Below, piece by piece: positions 38,942-52,383 of a stretch of DNA of 64,000 bases (its first letter is position 1; each line of letters opens with the position of its first letter). The stretch is from Amphiscolops sp. MND2022 (Eukaryota), in the NCBI GenBank assembly GCA_964187785.1, contig OZ076418.1, positions 51,770,001 through 51,834,000 of the forward strand, given 5' to 3'. A program made the translations under genes and the position numbers. Under the pieces are notes generated by a model. That model saw only the letters and a program-made list of their open reading frames with translations. It did no database searches and had not been told where the DNA came from.

Positions 38942-40579
38942 TGTAAGGAACAGAGTCCGTGTGGTCCCTCAGATTACAAGCGGACCTCGAGTCCTTCTTT
39001 GTAAATTTCGTATTTGCGTTCTTCCATACATTCCCAATTCCATCCTCGTTTGTGGACGTACACGGCTCAACGCCATATTGACCCAAAGGCAAGTTTTCCA
39101 CCATGTTTTGTATTTCTGGAATAATCCTCTCACTTATGGCAGAACTAATAGCACTACTGATTTGTGAATGCATTAAGTCCATCATCGTTTCCATTTCGCG
39201 TGACATCCTTGCATTCATTTCTCCACACAAAATGATAATTGATTCTAATAGTCTACTTTCTTCAACAGGTTCATTTCTGCTATCAATATCTCTAATCTCA
39301 TTTTCTTGAGATGAATTTTCCCTGTTAGGAAACGACCTGAAGTCTTGAGGCCCTTCAGGGGCGTTAATGAGACTATCTAATTCTCTTTCTATAGAGTTAG
39401 AATTACCTTCACCCAGGATTACGTCCATGTTGCCGTAGTCGGACAACATGACTAACTCTCTTGATTTTCTGGCTTTAGAATTTGTTTCCTTGTGGAAGGC
39501 ATTGAAAATATCTTTCCAGGAGAAAATAAGTAAATTGTTCCTATGGACAATGTATGTTGGGTTTACAGTGAATCTTGTACTACCAGTAAAAGAACAACTG
39601 AATAATAACCGTATCGTATCTATCATTGAAATTGTGGGCAAACTTGGGCATATATATACTCAAGACAGCATGACGTCCTCAATTCTGACGGTCATGCTGC
39701 TAAAAACAGCACACAGACTAAAAATAGATACACCAGAACTATAAATAGTAACATGACTTCATCGTGGACCTATGTGAGCAGCTAGATCAAAATGCCCAAC
39801 AACGTCACGTTGCACATAGGTCAAATTGTTTACAGGTATAAATTCATGTAAGCAACGATTTTACATGCGAAGTGATTCATGTCGGTCCAATACGGCTTAC
39901 CGCCGTAAGGAACTATTTAACCCCGTATTACTATATTAAATGGGGAAATACAACTACATATTAACGTTTACATGAGGTTGAACACTCAGTAATTCATAAC
40001 ACGTATTTCATTATCATATCATCAAAAATAGCATCGATTTCATCATATTAACAAATGAGAATACTCATTTAGTCCGCTGGCCGTATAGGGCCTCATTTCT
40101 CTAGCAGCAGCACTAGTGACTTTTGGACAAGTAAGGCCGTTCAGCCATTAGGACCGCATTCGCTTTGTTTTATCTATTTAATAGCTCCAGTATAGCAGCA
40201 AAATGCAATTAGTCCGCTTAGGCCAAGTAGCCGTGACGGTCCATTCTGATTAATAAATGAATGCATCACTACAATTACAAACAGAACAAGATGAGCTATG
40301 ATTGGCTAATACGCCGTACGCGGCTACGCTAGCTATACTTAACAGGCAAACATTTGAACTCGTTTCCTTTCTGCCTGTCAGTATAGCTTGCTGTCAAACA
40401 TCAATCATATTACAAATAAAATAGCTAAATTGACTTACATGGGTTGCAAATATTAAAATGAAATAATGTTCCCAAAGTTATTCATCCTTGTAATTATATA
40501 GGTAATGTACCGGGTAGGGCAATAGGCAGGCTGTGGTCAATGGTATAGAGGTTGCCATCGCAGGCGGCCGCCTGCGACA
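38942..40579 (-). mobile_element. Solo LTR (1638 bp) of the large Gypsy family
   Basis: TGTAAG...GCGACA ends; TSD GATAT at 38937-38941 and 40580-40584. Contains the gag N-terminus homolog (ATG 39502) and the ORF3 C-terminus homolog SQAAACDGN...ALPGTLPI. Confidence 0.92.
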
Positions 40580-40999
40580 GATATATTTCAAATACAGTCA
40601 TAATTTTGTTCCGTTCGAATATATATCCAACACTATCATACTTATTCCTATAAAGAATTCTACAAGAGGCCAATTGAAGCATGTCGAAATGTTTCGAAAC
40701 TCGCTAAAATTTTCCTTGTACTCGTTATGTTTCACAGATGAGAAAGTTTTACCTGTTGAACTGCAGTTTTAGTTTCGATTGAAAATTTTCATTCAGGTCC
40801 CTGATTTTAGCGTGCATTCTAATCATGTGCTTACAAAATTTCACGGCATTTTCAACTAGAGTACGTGCAACATTTGACTTGAATGGTCTTGATTTTTGTA
40901 TAAATTGAATGGTCATTTTTTGACTGAAATAAATCACCATGTCTTATTTTTACTGCATTTTTTATTATACGTTTTGTACGGAGGTCAACCCGGGATTCC

Positions 41000-42000
41000 A
41001 GTTTGGTGTCTTTCGGAAGACATGGCTGAAACATGTAAATTAGTCCAATATGCAGACGATATTTTTATTTTTGTTGCCGATAAATTTGTCAACACTGCTA
41101 AACAACGACTTGAAAATAATATTGCCAAATTAGTTGAAAGTAAGAGACTTAATCTCAATGAAGATAAAACCGAATTCATTGTCTTCTGCAAAAATTCCCA
41201 GAACAAATTAACAAAACATCTCAAACTACAAGTGAAAAATCACTCCACAAGTCTTAGTTCTTTTGTAAAGTATCTTGGAGTTTACTTAGACCAAAATCTA
41301 ACTTATGAAGTAAAACATGTCTTGAAGAAAATGGCTTGTGGTATTAAAACAATCTATGCAGTGAAACAATTCTTGCCGGCAAAAATTTGTCTATTGCTTC
41401 TGAATGCTCTAGTTCTTAGTCATCTTCACTATCCAGCAATATTGCTTCAAGGCATTTCACAAAATCTCTTAGCACTTAAAAAACAGTTGAGTTGGGGTGT
41501 AAAAGCCTGTTTTAATCGTCAAAAACAGGACTCATCCAGTGATTTGAAAATTAAACACAATATACTTCCAATAAGAATTTTTCTTGTCTATAAATCATAT
41601 TTTTACTTCTGGAAAAATCAAAATAACCTACTACCAGCCTTCAGTGGTCCTAATACAATACCAACAGCTAGAATGAAGTATCACATTCGAACGAAGAAAC
41701 TTGTATGCAAAACAAAAATCTCTAATGAATTCATGAGAAAAAGTTTCTTCATAAGGACTCTACCCCTGTGGAATAGCCTACCATCTTGTCTGGTCAAAAA
41801 GAACTTTTCCGCTGAAACAATTAAAAGCAAATGTAAAGTTCACTTCTCAAATAAAATAGCGAAAGAAATGGAACAACCGGAACATAGAAAAAAATGCTGG
41901 AGAGATTACCGCTTTAGTTAAGTTTATAATTAATGCATTAGTTTGTTATTGTTTTTATTAATAATCACACTGCCTTTTTTAAGGAAACAAAATGATGTCT
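41000..42000 (+). mobile_element. 5'-truncated LINE (CR1/L2-like) RT C-terminal region
   Basis: QYADD, LN..KT, KYLGVYLDQNL and LPLWNSLP motifs in the ORF ending at 41921. Confidence 0.85.
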
Positions 42001-43024
42001 CTTTTAATTAAGGAATTCAGTGTTTTTTTTACTAAATCGTTTCCTCTCACACCCCAGAAGTCAAGTTGCGTGAACACTTTAGAGTGATTGGAATGAGCTA
42101 CTTTCTTAGTATTATATTTCATCACATTCCAACAAAACGAGTGCTTTCATATGTTGAACTCTAGCTACGCTCAGAAAAGTCAAAGAGTTACTATTCAAGG
42201 AACTCAGAAAACCAAACCAGAAGATGAAAACAGCGAACATCTTTCAGTTCTTTGTTTGTTCAAACTAGAGTTCTTATTGCCTTTTAAAGACAATCTTACC
42301 AGACTGGATTGTTGCCTAACGTGTGAGTGAGAACACGATTCGTCTGAAAAAGCATATGACCAATTTGACTTAGTGTTATATAAAAAACTATTTGTACCTA
42401 CCGCGTTGATACCCGAATGAGGTCATTTCCACGTCTGGAAAACCTTTTCACAAAATAAATATCGAGACAATTCGCAGGCGAGTATGGTTCTTTTCTGTTT
42501 TTCCCCCACCGCATATTTTTTTGAAAGTATTTTGTATTGAAATAAAAAGACTTAGAACTAAATTAGGAATCTTTACTTTTGATTATTTTCAGAATGACAG
42601 CTTAGAATTCAGATAAAAACTTTGTTTAAGCCATTTTTCCCGATGAAGTCACGCATTTTCCTTGAAAACTCAATAGCTTCCTGTTTTGAGTAACAAAAAA
42701 CAGTTAATTTTCAACATATTCACAGCCAAAGTGAGTGAAAGATGTTTTGCTCGAACGAAAAACTATTCCAATAGAAGTTAACTTCCTGTTATTTGGAAAA
42801 ATTTTACTGCGAATTCAACAAGTTTAATTTTTTTGTAAATTTCCCTCATAAACTTTTAATGTTAGGGGGGGCGTTGACAGATAAGAGCCGCGAGAATTTT
42901 CAGTGGACAGGAAATTCGAATACGGTGACATGGTGCCAAAAAACGCAAGAAAGACCCTTTTGTCTCTTTTAGTTTCGAAAAAACTTTAGCCTCTGATCTT
43001 GACTACCTTTGCAACAAGAAGCTT

Positions 43025-43115
43025 TTTAAAGTCCAAAGTGGGATTCGAACCCACGTCATTGTGCTTCCGAGATCCAGCCATGCACGGACACGCGCGAGCC
43101 ACTCGACCACGTGGG
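43025..43115 (-). repeat. tRNA-derived (Leu/Ser-like) pseudogene or SINE head
   Basis: A-box TGGTCGAGTGG, B-box GGTTCGAATCC and TPsiC stem GTGGG/CCCAC. Acceptor and anticodon stems do not pair properly. Confidence 0.5.
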
Positions 43116-44386
43116 AAGTAGACAACGGCAATCGACTAGTAGTTGCAAGCAGAATCCGCAGAAGAAAGAAATTATTCAAAAAAAGAAAAACCGCGTTGAA
43201 GTTGGAGCTTTTTCAACTTTTAACTTTCTGTGAACTTTAAATGATTATTCAAACGGAACATTCAAAATATTGATATCGAACAGAACCCTCGTACATACCG
43301 AAAAACCGAAAAAAAGTAACTAAATCCAATGCTTTCGGAAATACTTCCTAAATTGAAGCATTTATTTCGTCCGCTCTTCATCCTCTGAAAACCCAAGGTA
43401 AAACATAAAATATTCTACCCGTACTGGCAACCCACCGCAAGCCACCGGTAGAGACACTTTAGGGCTGCCAATTTAGTTTCCACCGGTGACCACCGGTGGA
43501 AAATTTTTTCGAAAATTCTAAAACAATTAATGGAAGTTCCTTTGGACACAATCAAAACATTTTCGAAAAAAAAACACCTCAGTGCCGAAAAATTGAAGGG
43601 GCCTTTAGGCTCGTCCGGCTTTCTATGATACGTTAAAAAAGGAAAAATTGTAAGGGGGACCCTTTGCCCTAACTTAGATGCGTTTCCGAGCTATTCGTTT
43701 AGTTGAACAAACTGAACAAAAATTTCGTCGCGTTCGAGTCTGTCTTGAATAAAAAAACGAGTGACTGTAATAGTCGGGCTCTTTTATTCTGAAAGCACCG
43801 ACTAAAAACTGTCGAGAGAAAAACCCTTCGGATTTTATCGTGATTGCCGTGATTGTCGGGAAACTTCCAAGATCTTACCAGAAATTCCAAGATGTCAAAC
43901 GCTGGCAATGTAATCTTACAAACTTTCACTAGGCAGGCTAAAGGGAATTTTCCATATTTTGTAGAAAAATTTCTTTGTAAGCATGAGAGGAGCATGATAA
44001 ACGTCCAGAAAATTCAAAAAGATCATCACTTTTACCAAAATTGTTCAGATAAATAAACAAATACCAACTTCAGATAAAAACAACTAACTTTGCTTTCTGA
44101 GATGTGGCAGATTTTTAAATCCGAATCAAACTGAATCCCTTATCTCGCCAAACATTGTTAGCTTTCTTCTATTCTATTCAATTTTGTTACTCTTCATCTT
44201 ATTCTCGACATTACATGTAAAACGATGAAGATGAGAAAATGCAAAATCTTCTTTGTTTCATCGGGTTTATTGGTAACTTTCCTTTATATCGTTATAACTG
44301 GATTAGAACATCTTACTTTTATCGGTTTGGGGTTCATTCTGAACATTATTACTTCCAATCTGACTGAAGTTGAGCGGAATGAAAAA

Positions 44387-45715
44387 ATGGCAACAAAGTT
44401 CAACAGCATTCATCGTTACTTGTCGCCAACGGCTGATCAAGATCTCAAAAAGATTTTCAACCGCATCAAAGAAGTGGAGGTATGAAAATTTTCTGAAAGC
44501 GCGGAAATCCCCCTATCTTCACATTTAAGAAGTTTTCAGGGAATATTCTGGTTGAAAAAAAGCTTTTTTTTGAAAGGACCTTGCAAGAATCTTTCAAAAT
44601 GCTGCAAGAAAATGTATTCTCCTTGGATTCCTTCAAAGAATCCTGCAAGGTCTTGCAACATAATGCATTCTCCTTGGGTTCAATGAAAGAGTCTTGCATA
44701 ATCCTTGCTTAAAATGCGTACCTTGCAAGATCTTTGCCAGCCATGCATTCCTGGTACTGATTTTTGCAAAATTCTTGCTAGGAACTAAATTGCTTTCAAG
44801 AGCTTTCAAAGAATGTATTAAACACAGGTATCTTGCAAAATTCTAGGAAACATTGCATTTTTTCAGTCAGTTTCTTTACCTAAAAATAAAGTCAAGATAA
44901 AAAGCTATTATCAATTTCTGTGACGCCATCAAAATAATGTGAAATTTTTTTTCAGGAGTCATTTTTAAAAATTGGTGTAATTTAGAAGTTCAAGTTTAGT
45001 AGGTCCAAAGTTTTAGTAGAGAAGAAAAAGCCAAAACATTATCTAAGATGAAACTATTCCATGATTTTCACATAGGTTTAGTCCGTGATTTGACAGCCTT
45101 CTTTGACTTTTTGCAGACAATTTTCTTTATTTCTGCAATGTTAAACTTGGGGGTTTGGAATGAGAAAAATATCTTTGATCTATTGAAGCGACTCTTTAAT
45201 TGCTTATGAAATTGCTAGAAAAGACTCAATATTGTTGGCGAAAAAAGACAAGAAAACTTCTATAGTTTTTGTGCTGCTTTAACTATAGTTTTGGATAGAT
45301 TTTTTTTCTAAGGACCAAATGAGTTTTCTTCGATAAATCAATGTTTCAACCTTATCTGTCGTTTCAGGATTGTTTTTTTTCGAGGATTCCGAAATCTGTT
45401 GACTTGGGTTCTTTGATTTTGAATAGCCAAAAATTTTATGAGTCTTAGGATCAAAAAATTGCGGAATCGCTCTTCATAAACATGGTTGCGCAATAGCATT
45501 GGGTCAAAGGGTACTTTTTGTTGTTTAGCAGTATTTGTAGTCTTAAAAACAACGTTGGTTTTCAGGCTCCGATCATTCACTTCAAACAAGAAAAAGTCTT
45601 GTGGGGCTTCAACGGAGCCAGCTACTCTCCTGTTACTGAATATTGCGGCGGAAAAAATGACAGCCTGCAATTCTACCAATTCAGGGATATATCGCTTCAG
45701 TCATACGTGGATTGA
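44387..45715 (+). CDS. Possible two-exon coding segment (44387-44479 + 45566-45715), weakly TLDc-like
   Basis: Phase-0 donor GAG|GTATGA and acceptor TTTTCAG|GCT join two open frames. The motif resemblance is weak. Confidence 0.25.
44570..44860. repeat. Degenerate CTTGCAAG-type satellite
   Basis: Repeated CTTGCAAG/TGCATTC motifs. Confidence 0.5.
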
Positions 45716-46689
45716 TTGTTTTGTTGTTTGGCAATTTTCATGATTTTCAAGGCTTTTTTCAAACTTTAGCATTGGGGCAAAAGTGTTCGCGGTAAGTCGA
45801 TTTTTTTTCAATTTCTAGTATCTATCAAATGTTTCTATCTAGAATTGGTTTATGTACTGTTTTGACAAGGTAAAAAGTGTCTGTTGTATTTTCGAATGTA
45901 ACAAAATGAAAGCGAGTGTAAAAGAAACAATGTATTGTAAGTGTACTCTAGCAACAATAACGTGTTAAAAATTTTCCAGTGTAATTCAGTACAGATGACA
46001 TTTCGGGCAGGTACTAAAGTGTCGCAATGACCTTGAAAGACATAAGCCACATAAATTCCATTTTTAAAAAAGTTTAGTTTAGGTATGTACACAAGTAAAC
46101 AAAAATAGCTATAAGTACACTAATTAACGGTTAATATTACAGCACCATTATCGCAAGTTTGCCTCGTGAAAAGTTCTACTAGTGGACAGTAAACTTTCGA
46201 CTGATCCAACCCAATGTTTCTCTTCTTATTCCATCGACTATTGACCAATCAGAAATTTTTTCAGTTGTAGCCAAACGGACCGTAGTGCTATTAGAATGCG
46301 CTGTTTGATATGCCATTAAGTACTTGTAATGTGAACCAATTGGTGGTGCCAGTTTAAATGAAAAACCGTGCCTCCTTTTCACACATTTTTTGCAAAATTT
46401 CTTTTTGAAATAATTAGACGAGGATACTTTTAACCCTACTTATCGATGACGGAATCATGATGTCTTTTTTCTTTCATTCCTAATTATGACCAAGAATTTG
46501 AGTGTCATGCAGAATTTAGTATATATAGCGGATACACATTACATTACGGATATACATTACGGATACACTCAATTATAATCAAATCGCTGTGTTTCATTCT
46601 GAAAATGGTTTTTTGTTTTATATTCAGTTGATTTAGTTCACACTTTTGGATGAAATTTGCTCTATAACACACTATTATAAGAGCAAATA

Positions 46690-47540
46690 TTCTTTCAAGG
46701 AGAAAACAGAAAGCAAAGGAAAAACGTTCTAGGCAATTGGACGTGATGTCCGATCTAGAAAATTTGGATGTGATGTCAGAAAATTACTCTAGAAATGAAG
46801 TAGAAAGCCATCAAGGCGATAGGGAAATAGAGTTGAAACTTGAGTCCAACGGCCTACGACACAATGCAAACTCGATTAGTCGGGATATTTGGTCGATATC
46901 AAATACAAATGGTGGCGAAAAGAGCGTAACTACTGCCGAGACTGCGAGAGCAATTAATTGCAAGATTACCAGCCAAGTCACTAGACCACTTGATGAGATT
47001 GAAATTGACTAGAACTCTCTGATATTAGAGGCTGTAAACTCTGCAATCACTGACCAGATCCATCCGTCTATTCATAACACTTTGGACAGCAGGTAAAAGA
47101 TTTAAACCAAATGTGGACCAGTGGGCTACGCATGATTTCCGAAGTTGAAAAAAAAAAGAAACTTGCCCTAAATCGAACACATAGTTTAGTTATCAAGTCC
47201 GCTACGTAAGGGAGAGCTCTATAGACTCCCAAGGAAGAAAAAAGGTTACATGATGGCAGAAGTCAACCCATCGAACTGTTCTCGAATTTCTCACTGGTTT
47301 GCCCATGCAACCCAGGGAAAACATGCAACGCCAAGATAGAGGCCCTAATGACATAATGAATTTCTGTACAAAACTCTTCCGGTTCCAGAGATGCCAGCCC
47401 CACCTACCCTTACTGGTCCCATCAACCGTCTTGCAGATGAGTCAGTCGACATGAAGAACCGATCATCAGCACGAACACTGATGATACGCCTGTTCGATGG
47501 ATGATTCGGAGGCCCAGACAAACATGAGTAGTTTTTAAAT
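46690..47540 (+). mobile_element. Degraded fragment of the large Gypsy family (LTR U5 part, PBS and start of gag)
   Basis: SRRKQKAKEKRSRQLDVMSDLENLDV; LTR end TTACA at 47250 followed by TGATGGCAGAAG; downstream EFLTG and PINRLAD homology. Confidence 0.7.
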
Positions 47541-47694
47541 AGCCAATTGTTCAACAAGTTTTGAGGAGTTTTGATTTTCGTAGCAAAGGTTTTTTCCTGA
47601 AATCGAATATTATGCCATGTTGACTCACAGTGTCCAGACTACGAACTCAGAAACAGAAAACCTGTTGAGAGAAAAGGTTGCTCCATATATGATA

Positions 47695-48042
47695 TACAAG
47701 ACGCCAGCTAAGCACCGGTATATTTTCCACCTTCTTCGCCTCCACCAACTGAGCCATAGCTATTTTGGGAGAGGGGTATAGGATTTAGAGTATAAGATCC
47801 AAAATTTAGTGATTTTAATCTTATTTCCTTTAGATCTTATTCCCACTTTTGACTTGAGATTTTAATTCCCCCTCTAAGGTGTTTTAATTACGTGACTATT
47901 TTAGTTACTAGTAACTAAAATAGTCAAGTAGCTATAGTTGAGGTTGAATGAACCGGGAGGAGATTTGGCAGAGCTTGGAAAAAAGAACGCAACACAGATT
48001 ATGAATTTCCTCCCCCATTATATGTGGGCGGAAAATAATAAA
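47695..48042 (-). mobile_element. Helentron-like non-autonomous element, copy 3
   Basis: Same ends as 5570-5953 and 7792-8090. Subterminal IRs at 47721-47730 and 48028-48037. Confidence 0.55.
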
Positions 48043-48656
48043 GACATTGAAATATGGTTGAAACTTCTCAAGTATCATTTATCGGAACAAAAACAAAGGG
48101 CTTGGAGTTAGTTCCGAGAGTGATCTTGCATACAATTGCACCATTCAATAATTTAAAATTTTTCTCTATCGTTGTTGAAAAAATGTAACTCATCATCGGT
48201 ATTTTTATCACATTTGGTTCAATAACGGATTTTGTTTGGATTTTTTCAATTTCTTCAAGTGCCTTTTTGAGCGTTTCATTGTTCTTTATGCTGGTTTTAT
48301 TAAGCCACATCATTATTATGTGGCAATCATTGCAGAGCACTGATTATTGAAGCTACTATCGTTATCGTTCTAGTTACGATTCTGTTCTATTGCTATAAAG
48401 TTCTTGTTTTGTAGTTGAGTAGTTGAAAACCAAAGCTCTATCAAATTATGCATTGTTTTTTTGAGTTTTTGAAAAATAGATGTAAACTTTGTCTGGTATC
48501 AAAAATGTTCAACTGACTCTTCTTTCTGCATCAATAAGGCTTCTCAAACAAGTTTCAGCATTCACTATTTTACTAGTTGATTTTGACGCCACGATAAAGA
48601 CAGCGCAGAGAAACTGATAGTTGAATGAAGCTAATTTATAAATAAAAACGCAAGTC

Positions 48657-50450
48657 ATGAACGATCCTGTGGAGGAAAACGTCAAGAACGGAACAAATGG
48701 GTCAGAGGTTAATGAAGGATCTACAAATTTAAACCCGAAGCAAGTCCCGGGCCATCCAGAATTCGTGGGAAGCAGCCAAGAGAAGCAACGCAAACTCAGC
48801 AAAGATCTACCTGAAGGGGAACAGTTTGAACTTGAACCAAAATTGCCACCTCAAGAGCTTCCCAATGCTGAGCCAGAATTCGCTGAAACAAATGGGCTCG
48901 GGGTTGATGGAAAATGTACCAAATCAAACCCAAACAAAATTGCGGAACATTCAAACTGCATGGAAAGCAGCCAAGATAATTGCGACAAATTCAGCGATAC
49001 TCAATCTAAACAAAAGAGAAGTAGAAATCCAAGAACTACATCTGACCCGTTTCCCGTGATGAAACGAATTGATCCAGAGGCTAATTCATTCCTTGACGCG
49101 GACCAAGTGGCGGAGGTAACAGATCTACCTAGCCTGGAAACTAGCACAAAACCTGAACGACAAAATGATGAAATTGTCAAAGAAATGTTTGAAAACACAG
49201 AAAAAATGATCAAACATTTGTATCAAACATATGATCAATCTACTCTTGTGGATATGTTCAGACTTGAAGACACAAAGGAAGAAATCGAAGAGCCGTGTAA
49301 AGAAAACACAGGGAGATATAGTTATTATCTATTTCTCGAATGCCTTCGCGAACTCGCAAAGACAGATGGTGATAGAAACGAGATTAAACAGTTCCAACGA
49401 GAAATGTCTTCGAGATGTTGCAACTCTGGGAATAAACCTGTTAACAATACTTTGATTTTGATTTTTTGGATAAAAACCCGGTGTTATATAAGTGACAGCA
49501 ATCCTAACCTTGAGCTTGAATCATGTATCAGAGATCGATCTTGTTCGCTTTGGGATAAAATTTTTAGTCCTAGGAAGAATGCACAGGGATATGAAAAGGT
49601 GTCAACATCTGATGGAGATCATAATAAAGAATCGAATACGTTTACAGAAGGTCACACTAGCTCATCCAATGCACAAAATTCGAGTGTTCACAACGGCCAA
49701 ACATCCGAACAAAATGGTCAACTTTGTACAAGTGCACCAAATGGTATTCAATCATCGAATGGTCTGCAAGACGAAGATCTGGAAGGCGTTAACTCAGGTC
49801 GTCAACCCTTGGAAAGGCACTCAGAAGATAATGCTATAGCCAAAAATGGTTCTTCTGATTCTTCATCTGACGATCCCAACAATACCAGCCAACCACATAG
49901 CCAAGAGTTGGGCGGTGATCAAAAAAATGCACAACCAACTGTTGCATTTGCGAGCGGAAATTCAAAATCTCAAGAGCTACATCCTGAAAGAGTTAACAAT
50001 GAAGAACCAAATCCGTCTGCTAGTATTGCTAAACAATCAAATTACGTATCTCTTCCAAAAGAGAAAAAATCAGCAGCTACCGATTCTACGGAAAAAAAAG
50101 TATATGATAAATTAAACGGGAACCCTCAACCTATGTCTCAGGAGAAATTCTTCCGTTACCTACGTCAAAATTTCAGGGAGACATTGCAGGTAAGATGTTT
50201 CCTCATAAATTTAGAGAATTCTTGTTGCTTTCACCCAATACAACACTTCTTCCGATACTGCCACGAGAAGTTCTTCCTTGGAATCTACATGGAGTATGCT
50301 GCAGTTCGAAGGAATTACACAAAGATTTCCTGTTGCTGTGGATGTTGCGGGACTTGCCTCATCTTTCTTATATCACTTCTCGTTATCATAGGTATTCTCA
50401 TTGGATTTATAAACCTTCTGTGGAAAATTGTAGAAACATTGGGTCATTGA
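48657..50450 (+). CDS. Uncharacterised 597-aa protein: disordered N-terminus, Cys string and C-terminal transmembrane helix (probably tail-anchored)
   Basis: 1.8-kb open frame in AT-rich DNA; SCCCGCCGTC followed by LIFLISLLVIIGILIGFINLLW. Possible in-frame intron from the CAG|GTAAGA donor at 50190. Confidence 0.65.
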   Translation: MNDPVEENVKNGTNGSEVNEGSTNLNPKQVPGHPEFVGSSQEKQRKLSKDLPEGEQFELEPKLPPQELPNAEPEFAETNGLGVDGKCTKSNPNKIAEHSNCMESSQDNCDKFSDTQSKQKRSRNPRTTSDPFPVMKRIDPEANSFLDADQVAEVTDLPSLETSTKPERQNDEIVKEMFENTEKMIKHLYQTYDQSTLVDMFRLEDTKEEIEEPCKENTGRYSYYLFLECLRELAKTDGDRNEIKQFQREMSSRCCNSGNKPVNNTLILIFWIKTRCYISDSNPNLELESCIRDRSCSLWDKIFSPRKNAQGYEKVSTSDGDHNKESNTFTEGHTSSSNAQNSSVHNGQTSEQNGQLCTSAPNGIQSSNGLQDEDLEGVNSGRQPLERHSEDNAIAKNGSSDSSSDDPNNTSQPHSQELGGDQKNAQPTVAFASGNSKSQELHPERVNNEEPNPSASIAKQSNYVSLPKEKKSAATDSTEKKVYDKLNGNPQPMSQEKFFRYLRQNFRETLQVRCFLINLENSCCFHPIQHFFRYCHEKFFLGIYMEYAAVRRNYTKISCCCGCCGTCLIFLISLLVIIGILIGFINLLWKIVETLGH

Positions 50451-51189
50451 CTCTAATGAAAGTTTCCCCTTTCAATCCAATACATTGATGAAAGACATCG
50501 CCCATTATGTTACCAAGTCATGATTTAAATTCTAGCTAAATTAGTGATACCTACTTGAATTTATAATGATTGCATCATAATAATTGGTTGTGTAAAAGTT
50601 GCTCAAATATCTTAAAATGTATTTGCCAGAAAACACCTTTCAAGTGCTTTTCAGCTAAGGAAACCATCGAAACCATTTATAAGGAAGCCATCACTGATTT
50701 AAATCAAGGAGAAACACGATTTTTTCTTTCACTAAAAACTTTTATATCAAATAACTTCAAAAACAAAAAAAACTTATTTCATCATTGCACCAGCGAACGA
50801 ACAACACGAAGTGCGATAAGTTTCTACAGTTACATATTGGATTCCAATTGTAGGCTCTGGTGCTCTAACACGCTTTTATGAAGCAAGATGATACCATTCC
50901 GGATTCGCAGACTACAACAATGTTCGTTTGTAAACTTGCTTTATGAAGCATCGCAATGCAAGAACAAGTCGTGCACTTGATGCAGACAATGTGGTGCTCT
51001 TGGGTGTATGATTCCATGCTCCTTCATTTTCTATAATGCAGTTATGGATATTCCAATTTTTGGACCCGTTTGCCAGTCTCAAAGTCATAGGGATCATCTA
51101 AATTTCTAGCTTCGACTGCCTCAAAAACTTCTTTCATTGTATTGTCGGGAAAAAGTACATGAAAATCTCATTACTATAACAATTGCCGA

Positions 51190-51890
51190 AACCCCTCGGG
51201 TTTTAGTCGATGCTTTTATTTAACGTCGTTCTTTTGTTTTTCTCTAAGACAGACTCGAATGCGACGAAAGTTTTATACAGGTTGTTCAACTAAACGAATA
51301 CCTGAAAAACCTATCTAAGTTATTGCGAACGGTCTTCCCTTTCATTTTTGACGTAAAATACAAAATTTTTTAAACGTAACATACAAAACTGGACGAGGCT
51401 AAAGGGTCTTTTTCCGATTTTTTTTGCACTGTGAGACTTTTTTCGACAATTTCCAAATGTATCCAAAGGCCTCCTTCATTTTTAAAAGTCTGCAACTGAA
51501 TGGATGTTAAAAAGTACCAACGAGTCCCCCATTCACATTTTTCGGCACTACGAGACTGATGAAAAATTTCATTTATTGTCTCATATTAGGTTTTGCGAGT
51601 ATGAATCCAAAAATTTGTTTCAATACTATGCGCAATTCTGACGTGACATCCGAAGTAACGCGAAATTTTGACGTTATATATGACCTATATGGCGTTTACC
51701 AAAAAAGCGGAGTTCCGGGAAAAAGTGCTTCCATTTGTTCCGGGACGCTATATCTCAAGCGTTTTCCCAGCACGAAAGACACCTTTTTGGTGTTTCGGTA
51801 TTTTTTTTTCAGTTTTTCATAACGTCCTGAGCATATTTCAAAAACATTTTGAACTTTTCGCGCCTTAGGTATGGAGCCAACTTGAATGAA
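51190..51890 (+). repeat. Dispersed repeat related to 27170-27505 and 43560-43900
   Basis: Shared TTTTTCGGCACT, GTTCAACTAAACGAATA and GCCTTAG.TAT.G.GCC.ACTT blocks. Confidence 0.5.
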
Positions 51891-52383
51891 AAAACCCTTT
51901 ACCTTATGTGTCATGCCGTAAGCATGATTGAGTGTTTGGGATTTAATGATGACGTCAAACACACAGCGCTCAAGAGTAGCAATTGACCAAAATGGGAAGC
52001 AAAAATGCAACGTGGTTGAACACACAACACTATAGAACAAAACGGAACAAAATTCAATTTTATACATTTTTCGACAATTTTGGACAATACAGCATTTTTC
52101 AACAACGACCCGCCTTTTCAGTTGTCAAGTGCATTTTCATCAATGTTCCTATTCAAAAGTAGTACGTGTAGTTCACCTCATTATCATCATTGTTTTCTGT
52201 GTAGTAACGAAAGAAATTCCCAATGATGTTTGGTTATTTTATGTACCATATATGATTCATATTACGACAGTGACATACCATCGTCATACATTGCAGTAAC
52301 GCCACTTAGCGGCCAATTTTGTATTGACACCTAACATGCCTATTAACACCAGTTAAAGAGATCAATATTTTCGGGTACGGTAG

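Noticed and set aside
43025-43115. Functional tRNA gene (also 6165-6232 and 7845-7905)
   Set aside because: A/B boxes are present but acceptor and anticodon stems do not pair into a cloverleaf.
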